Assembly (NCBI GenBank): GCA_041690595.1
Contig: JAWLHB010000002.1
Span: 1 to 64,000, forward strand
Direction of reading: 5' to 3'
DNA from: Lentisphaeria bacterium
GTDB lineage: Bacteria; Verrucomicrobiota; Lentisphaeria; JABSQK01; JAWLHB01
Length of the DNA: 64,000 nt
Within the stretch, counting starts at the first letter, position 1. The number at the start of each line of letters is the position of its first letter. The notes under the pieces are model-generated. The model made no database searches and was not told the origin of the DNA. It saw nothing but the letters and a program-made list of their open reading frames with translations. Below, piece after piece: positions 57,665 through 64,000 of the stretch. The position numbers were made by a program, and so were the translations under genes.

Positions 57665-59134
57665 ATGCTGAAGATCACCTCCTTCTGCCTGCTGGCGTTC
57701 TGCTGCGCCATGCTGACTTCCTGCCGCGCCGCGGAAGCCGACGGCAAAGCCGAGCTGCTGAAGCTCTCGCTGCACGACAAGGTTGGCTATTGCGACCTGG
57801 CGGTTGCGGCGGACGGAGTCATTCATGCGCTCTTCACGGACCAGCCTGCCTGGGACAAACCGCTCTACCTGTACTACACGGCGAGCCGCGATGGCGGCGC
57901 CAGCTGGAGCCAGCCCGACATCATCAGTGACGATGAGTCGGGCGAGGCGGCCAGCTATGCACGGGTGCTGGTGGATGGCGCCGGAAGAGCCTACGCCATC
58001 TGGAAGTATGTGCACGGCAGCACGATTCTTGACGGCCCCGGCGGGACGGCGGCGGGACGGCTGGTGTACCGCTGTCTCGACGGCGCCAAGTGGTCGCGCC
58101 GTATACCACTGGGCGAAGAGAAGATCCACCGCTATTCGTGGTTCGCGACGCGGGATGCTGGCGGAAGTGTGCACGTGGCGTGGAGTCAGATCCCGCCCGA
58201 TGCCGCCAGCTTCAGCACCTGGACGAACCACGCCAGTCTGGTTCGTCAGGCAACGCTGGATGGCGCCACCGCCAGCCTGCGCGATCTCCGCAGTCCAAAG
58301 CCGCTGCTGACGGAGCAGGAGCAGGCGGCGATGAAGGCTGCCGGCAATTATCCGCCGTATGAGGAGACCACCCCCCGCATGGAGGGGGTGATCGACCTGC
58401 GGGGCGTCGTGGCCGCGGATGGCGCCGTGCGCTTCACCGCCAAGGATTTCGGCGTCTTGGACGCCGCCGGCACCAAGGGCGGTGACCGCATCGTCTACTG
58501 GGACGGCGAGTACCATGTTCTCTACGAGTATCCGCGCTTCGAGACCCACAACACCTTCAACAACCCAACCACATTGCTGCAGGATGGCATGGGTCGCCTG
58601 CATGTGATGCGGGCGCCGGAGAAGGCTGCCAGGCCAGTGGTGCGCGACTACCCACTGGAGGAACGCGCGTTGGCCGATCCCACCGACGCCATTGCGGTGC
58701 CCACCCCAACCGGCACCATGCTCAACTGGCAGGCCCATGCGCTGGCTGACGGCAGTCTCGCGGTCACCGCCGCGATCTCCCTGAAGGGCGGCTACAGACC
58801 TGACGACGTGGAGTTGTACCTGGTCCTCTCCAGCGGTGACGGTGTATGGAGTGAGCCGTTGTGCCTGACGGACAACGCGGTGTCGCAGAACTACTTCCGC
58901 AAGGAAACCGGCGGGAGCAACGCGATTGCCGCTCAGTACGACTACATCCCGCGCCATGCGGCCCTCGCACGCGCGCCGGATGGGGACGTGTACGTCCTCA
59001 TGGTCAACAATGAAAGCACGCTGCTCGGCATCACCAATGGGGGTGTGGATGGCAGCGGGCGCGCGGTCAGCGTCACCAGCGTGGGCCGTGTCGACTCCCC
59101 AGCGGTGTATTTCACGAAAGTGGCGCTTCGCTGA
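57665..59134 (+). CDS. Lipoprotein with BNR/Asp-box motif (sialidase-like beta-propeller)
   Basis: Lipobox LTSC; YTASRDGGASWS, SSGDGVWSEP, VHVAW. Confidence 0.7.
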   Translation: MLKITSFCLLAFCCAMLTSCRAAEADGKAELLKLSLHDKVGYCDLAVAADGVIHALFTDQPAWDKPLYLYYTASRDGGASWSQPDIISDDESGEAASYARVLVDGAGRAYAIWKYVHGSTILDGPGGTAAGRLVYRCLDGAKWSRRIPLGEEKIHRYSWFATRDAGGSVHVAWSQIPPDAASFSTWTNHASLVRQATLDGATASLRDLRSPKPLLTEQEQAAMKAAGNYPPYEETTPRMEGVIDLRGVVAADGAVRFTAKDFGVLDAAGTKGGDRIVYWDGEYHVLYEYPRFETHNTFNNPTTLLQDGMGRLHVMRAPEKAARPVVRDYPLEERALADPTDAIAVPTPTGTMLNWQAHALADGSLAVTAAISLKGGYRPDDVELYLVLSSGDGVWSEPLCLTDNAVSQNYFRKETGGSNAIAAQYDYIPRHAALARAPDGDVYVLMVNNESTLLGITNGGVDGSGRAVSVTSVGRVDSPAVYFTKVALR

Positions 59135-59159
59135 GGCGTCGAGTTGGGGAGAATGGCGC

Positions 59160-59204
59160 CCCACTCCTCCTCCCTGAAGTGCTGCGGGGGGAGGAGGAGT
59201 TGGG
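59160..59204. repeat. Purine/pyrimidine-asymmetric palindrome (REP-like or terminator)
   Basis: ACTCCTCCTCCC at 59163-59174 pairs with GGGAGGAGGAGT at 59189-59200. Confidence 0.65.
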
Positions 59205-59432
59205 AGGATTGGATGCGCAAGCGGCCACTGAGGCGAGTGGCATTAACAGGATGGGGCCTCGGGCAGGACCGAGGTTTTGCCGGACGTCGGGGGGACGGAC
59301 TTTCCGGGATTTTGGGGTGTTTGCATTCCAGATAATGAGCACTACCTTAGCAGATAGATAGCAGAGATAGAGTAGGTAATGTTTCGAGCCCAAACACCTG
59401 GCGCTTCGACGCCATCATCCGGAGGTAAGAGT

Positions 59433-60161
59433 ATGTACCGCAGCCGAGTCTACACCTTCACGCTTATCGAACTGCTGGTCGTGGTGGCGATCATCTCGAT
59501 TCTGGCGAGTATGCTTCTTCCTGCCCTTTCCCAGGCGCGTAATATGGCGCGCCGCACCTCGTGCCTGAACAACACGAAGCAGATCGCCATGGCTCAGATC
59601 CAGTACATCGACGATTTCGATCGCGGGCTGTATGGATACGATGCCTCTACTGGGGAAGCGAGTTGTCTGCAGTACAGCTACTGGACCCCGCCCCTTTACG
59701 GGCACGGCCTGCTCATCGAGAACGGCTACATGCCCATCGGCAACGCCTTTTTCTGTCCCACGATGACCTTCCGGGTGCGCAACTGGATGGAACCGTTTTA
59801 TGGACCAGCGAGCGTGCGCAACTGGCAGGTGAAGAATACGGGCGTCTTTTCGAGCTATTCGTGGCCGTATGCGTGGCTGAGGTATACGCCCGTGAAGTAT
59901 AAGCTGCCGGCGTCGTGGGAAGGCGACACGCCATTGGTCGCCGATGCGTGGAAAAATGAGAACGGCGGTGGTACGCAACCGATGTATCACGAACGGCAGG
60001 GGCTGAACGTCGGCTACCTGGACGGGTCGGCCAAATGGGTCACCATGCTGGGCCAGCCCAATCTGGCCAGCTATACGCAGTGGGGCAATACCAACCAGGA
60101 TGGTGGCGGCGGGTACATCACCGGCTTCTGGGTGCTTTTGCGTAACGAATACAACAAGTGA
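59433..60161 (+). CDS. Prepilin-type N-terminal domain protein with H-Xn-DG motif (DUF1559-like)
   Basis: [63 protein letters not shown]. Confidence 0.9.
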   Translation: MYRSRVYTFTLIELLVVVAIISILASMLLPALSQARNMARRTSCLNNTKQIAMAQIQYIDDFDRGLYGYDASTGEASCLQYSYWTPPLYGHGLLIENGYMPIGNAFFCPTMTFRVRNWMEPFYGPASVRNWQVKNTGVFSSYSWPYAWLRYTPVKYKLPASWEGDTPLVADAWKNENGGGTQPMYHERQGLNVGYLDGSAKWVTMLGQPNLASYTQWGNTNQDGGGGYITGFWVLLRNEYNK

Positions 60162-60175
60162 GCGGGAGTAACGAG

Positions 60176-63100
60176 ATGAAGAAGGGATTATCCATGCTTG
60201 CGGCGGCACTGACGGCAGCCTCTATTGCCTCGGGGGCCGACGCTTCCCACCGCGTCCCCCAGGCAAGACTGCCCTTGATGAAGACGGCCCCGACGATCGA
60301 TGGCGTGATCAACCCGGGTGAATGGGATGGCGCCATTCGTATGGAACGCTTCTGCGGCGTTCGCGATCCGATGCTCACGGGCGGCGAAGCGAGCTTTTGG
60401 GTCGGCAGCGACGGCGAGCGGCTTTACATCGCGGTGGAAAGCGAAACGCCACCTGAGGGGCAGCTGCTGGACCGGGTGGAGCCGGCGGCCCAGGATGGCG
60501 ATGCGCGCGTCTGGCTGGATGATTCCATCGAGTTGGTGATCGATCCACTGATGGGGGCCGACGAGAGCCGCCGGCGTCTCTATCATGCGATTCTGAACGC
60601 CCGCGGCGCGGTTTACGACCAGAAGCATTCGACCAAGGGTGGTGGCGAAGCCTGGCGGGGCAACTGGGAGACCAAGAGCACGATCATCAGTGATCGCTGG
60701 CATTTCGAAGTGGCACTCCCGCTGGCGGACATGGACGTAAAGCCGGAGGATCTGAGTCAGCCGTTCGGCGTGCGGGTCTGCCGCAACTGGATGCGTGCGG
60801 CGGGACCAAAACAAAGCGAGTGGAGTTCCGTGGGCGGCGCCTTCCTTTCGACGGAGACCATGCCGGCCCTGCTTTGGGATGCGGCCGCGCCAGTCGTGCA
60901 GACGCTGCAGCTGCGTGACGATGATGGCGACGGTGTCCACCTGAAGGTGGCCATTCACAATCCGCATGCGGAGCCGCTTCAGCTTCGCGCGAGGCTCCTC
61001 TTCCAGCCCAAGTCTTCAGCCAACGCGAACTTCGACGAGGTGATCGAGGTCGCGGCGGGGGAGAAGCGGATTGTCGAGCTGGCAGCGGGGATGGCGGTTG
61101 GCGATGAAGCGTACACGCTGATCGAGGTGACCTCGGTCGATGGCACAGCCACCTACTATCAACGGGATTTTCGTTGGAAGCTTGATCGGGAAGAGCCTTT
61201 CTTCATCCTGGACGAGCACGATGCGAAGCGGGTCAACCTGCAGTTTGCCTATTTCCCCTACCATCATCAGGTGAAGGTGCGGATCGATCTCTCCGGCCTG
61301 AAGGAGAAGGAGAGCGTGACGGGCGTTCGGCTGGTTCTCCAGAAGAAGGGAGGCGCGTCCCTGGCGGAGATCGCGATGCCGACGCTTGAGGACTTCAAGA
61401 GTGAGCTCGAATGGGCGATTCCGGAGTTGGCCGAAGGGGAGTACCAACTGGTCGCTCACCTGCAAGGGGTAGAGACCGAGCCAGTGGCGGTCGATTTCGT
61501 GCGTCACACCTTCGAGTGGGAGCACAACCAGATCGGCATGTCGGACATTCTCATCCCTCCCTATACGCCGATCGAGGTGGACGGGAACCAGGTCTCGACC
61601 GTTCTGCGTCGGCATGACGTGGGGGCGACGGGCCTCTGGGAGCAAGTGTCCAGCCTCGACAAGCCGCTGCTGAAGGGACCGATGCGCCTGGAGGTGCAGG
61701 CAAATGGCCAGAGCATTCCCGCCATCGGTGACGGGCTCACCTTCAGCGAGAAGAAGCCTACCCGGGCGCTGGCCCAGGGCTCCTGGCAGGCAGGCCCACT
61801 GAAGGGCACCGTGCAGACCGATTGGGACTTCGACGGCGCGATGATCTGGAGCCTGACCATCGATCCCACGGACGAGCCGGTCGAGGCCCTGACGCTGACG
61901 ATTCCGCTCGACAACGCCCAGTCGCCGCTGATGCATGCCTGCACGGATGGCATTCGCTTCAACTATGCGGGCGCCGTTCCCGCCGGCGAAGGGAGCGTGT
62001 GGAAGAGCGCCACGGCAGCCAGAAACTCGATCATCGGCTCCTATGTCCCCTACTTGTGGGTCGGGGCGGAGGAACGAGGGCTCTGCGTCTTCGGCGAGAA
62101 CGACAGGGGCTGGATCACGAGCACCGATCTCTCCTGCCAGGAGCTGATTCGCCGCGGCGACACACTGGAGCTGGTCCTGCGTCTGATCGCGCAACCGGCA
62201 ACCATCGACGCGCCGCGCACCATCGTCATCGCCTTCCAGGCTACTCCGGTGAAGCCAATGCCGGAGGATTGGCGGCTCTGGACCTTCGGTTCCTGGCGTG
62301 CGGCGCAGGTGAAAAAGGAAGGGCGCCACCTGGCCTTCTTCGGCTCCTGCTACTATTGGGGCACGGAGACACCATGCCTCGACTGGTACCCGCGCGATGG
62401 CGACATGACCTACATGCACAAGCTTGCCGAGACCCGCCGCACCGGCGAAGTGGACAAGGCCTTCGTCGAGGAGTGGCTGACCGGCTTCGAGCATATCTAT
62501 GCGACGGCGAAGACCCCCGAGGCGCGCAAGAACCTCGAAACCCTTTATCGCAACCACACCAATGCGGGCTTCCATACGATGAAGGGGCAGCCCGACGTGT
62601 TGACCATCTACACCAACGGCCGCGGCGTGCGTTTCGATACTCCAGAAGGCAAGACCTTCCTCGACGAATGGTATCGCGATGCCTATGCCAAGCGGGATTG
62701 GGGGCCGCGAGGTGGGGTGGCCTACGATCTGGATCCCGTCGCCAGCTTCCGCGATTACGCCAGCTGGTACATCAAGGTGATGTCCGACATTGTCGTCGAC
62801 TCCATCTACTGGGACGACCTCTTCCTGCAGTCAAACTTCGACACCATCGGCACTCCGGCGTATGACCATCCGTCGGGGCAGGTACAACCGTCGGTGGGGC
62901 TCTTCAACATGCGGGAATTCGTGCGGCGCACAGCGCGTCTCTACTTGGAGGACGATCGGCCCACGCAAAATATCGTGCACATGACCAATACCGCCATCAC
63001 GCCGGTGCTTTCCTTTGCCCAGCTCAATTATACGTGGGAAGACAAGGCAGGGGCGGCGGATTTCCAGGATCGTTACGACCGCGACTACATCCGCGCCGAG

Positions 63101-63592
63101 AGCATCGGCCTGCAGCAGGGCAATGTGCCGATTGCCTTGTGGCTGGTCCGCGGCACGCGGGATGCCGAGCATGAGGCGTGGGTGGAGCGCACCGGCACCG
63201 GCGTTATGCTGGTACACGAAATCAAGACCAGCGGCGCGGGGACGATCTTCTGGGGCACCTATCAGAAGATGGTGGATTATGGCTATGGTCAACCCGGGGT
63301 GGCGGTCTCCCAGTACTGGCGGGCGGATCACCCCGCGAAGGTGGAAGGTTCCGACGCGGTTTCGCTGGTTGTTTCGAAGCCCGACAGCGCCATGATCCTG
63401 GTCTGCGACTATGGCGATGGCGGCGAGCTTGGCTTGACCCTGGCGCGCGAGTCGTTGGGTCTTCAGGGGCCCATCAAGGCCACCGACATGGAGAATGGCG
63501 AGCCACTGACGGTGACGGCCGGCGGTGCGATTCAGTTCCCGCTGAAGAAACATGACTTCAAACTGATCCTGGTGGAACGTGACCAGCCGTAA
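60176..63592 (+). CDS. Large secreted putative glycoside hydrolase (CBM9-like N-terminus, DUF6067-like middle)
   Basis: PTIDG..PGEW, DDSIELVIDP, WHFEVALP, ENDRGW, FQATPVKP, SIYWDD; paralog of 46494-49814. Confidence 0.75.
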   Translation: MKKGLSMLAAALTAASIASGADASHRVPQARLPLMKTAPTIDGVINPGEWDGAIRMERFCGVRDPMLTGGEASFWVGSDGERLYIAVESETPPEGQLLDRVEPAAQDGDARVWLDDSIELVIDPLMGADESRRRLYHAILNARGAVYDQKHSTKGGGEAWRGNWETKSTIISDRWHFEVALPLADMDVKPEDLSQPFGVRVCRNWMRAAGPKQSEWSSVGGAFLSTETMPALLWDAAAPVVQTLQLRDDDGDGVHLKVAIHNPHAEPLQLRARLLFQPKSSANANFDEVIEVAAGEKRIVELAAGMAVGDEAYTLIEVTSVDGTATYYQRDFRWKLDREEPFFILDEHDAKRVNLQFAYFPYHHQVKVRIDLSGLKEKESVTGVRLVLQKKGGASLAEIAMPTLEDFKSELEWAIPELAEGEYQLVAHLQGVETEPVAVDFVRHTFEWEHNQIGMSDILIPPYTPIEVDGNQVSTVLRRHDVGATGLWEQVSSLDKPLLKGPMRLEVQANGQSIPAIGDGLTFSEKKPTRALAQGSWQAGPLKGTVQTDWDFDGAMIWSLTIDPTDEPVEALTLTIPLDNAQSPLMHACTDGIRFNYAGAVPAGEGSVWKSATAARNSIIGSYVPYLWVGAEERGLCVFGENDRGWITSTDLSCQELIRRGDTLELVLRLIAQPATIDAPRTIVIAFQATPVKPMPEDWRLWTFGSWRAAQVKKEGRHLAFFGSCYYWGTETPCLDWYPRDGDMTYMHKLAETRRTGEVDKAFVEEWLTGFEHIYATAKTPEARKNLETLYRNHTNAGFHTMKGQPDVLTIYTNGRGVRFDTPEGKTFLDEWYRDAYAKRDWGPRGGVAYDLDPVASFRDYASWYIKVMSDIVVDSIYWDDLFLQSNFDTIGTPAYDHPSGQVQPSVGLFNMREFVRRTARLYLEDDRPTQNIVHMTNTAITPVLSFAQLNYTWEDKAGAADFQDRYDRDYIRAESIGLQQGNVPIALWLVRGTRDAEHEAWVERTGTGVMLVHEIKTSGAGTIFWGTYQKMVDYGYGQPGVAVSQYWRADHPAKVEGSDAVSLVVSKPDSAMILVCDYGDGGELGLTLARESLGLQGPIKATDMENGEPLTVTAGGAIQFPLKKHDFKLILVERDQP

Positions 63593-63605
63593 CGCCAAGC
63601 GACGT

Positions 63606-64000
63606 ATGCGTTGGTTCTGCCTGGGAGCGGCGCTGATGCTCTCGGCACCTCTCAAGGCGCAGGAGTGGGAGAGTCCTCTCGACCGCGTTCTGACGCTCTT
63701 CAACGAAAGCATCGTCTTCCATGCGGGCTTCGAAGGAGACGCCGCACAGGCGAATCTTGCCGCCGGCCGAGGGCTGCCCCTCGCGGTGGAAGGCGAGGTG
63801 AGCTTTGCTGACGGGATCGTCGGCAGCGCGCTGGCCAATGGCGTCGTCACCTTCGAAGGTGGGCGGAACCTCGACTTCTCGATGCCGGGAACGCTGCTGC
63901 TCTGGGTCAGTATCTCGCGGGAGATCAGCCCGCCGGAATCGGAAGGCTATGCATTTCCATTGCGGGCCTATGGCAGCGATGCGTCTATTCCGCATGGAAT
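63606..64000 (+). CDS. Secreted LamG/ConA-like domain protein, truncated by the window end
   Basis: Own translation: MRWFCLGAALMLSAPLKAQ...VFHAGFEG...FADGIVGSAL...NLDFSMPGTLLLWV, open to the end of the window. Confidence 0.7.
   Translation, partial: MRWFCLGAALMLSAPLKAQEWESPLDRVLTLFNESIVFHAGFEGDAAQANLAAGRGLPLAVEGEVSFADGIVGSALANGVVTFEGGRNLDFSMPGTLLLWVSISREISPPESEGYAFPLRAYGSDASIPHG

Overview
GC-rich bacterial chromosomal window. The three pilin-like genes starting [22 protein letters not shown] suggest a Lentisphaerae/PVC-type glycan degrader (inference). Core and stress genes: csbD with a sigma54-type promoter, hemW, a parvulin PPIase, lhr, tRNA-Lys(CTT) and oxidoreductases. Signalling genes: a REC-Ser/Thr kinase and a PAS hybrid kinase. 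Three glycan-utilisation-like clusters are each built around a pilin-like gene and contain GH28, GH51, a lyase-like protein, CBM9-like giant proteins or ceramidase-like paralogs. The most striking non-coding structure is at 32.8-35.5 kb: an IS200-type HUH transposase between a 4 x 148-bp tandem array and an inverted array of GTAG/UUCG hairpin (REP-like) repeats, next to the tRNA. Strand composition appears to switch here from strongly C-rich to G-rich regardless of gene orientation. Also noted: a G-rich hairpin array at the window start, a candidate ~180-nt structured RNA, and a secreted protein ending in LIGxDGAS octapeptide repeats. No cas, reverse transcriptase, integrase or rRNA genes were seen. 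All family calls come from motif recognition by eye, with no database searches.
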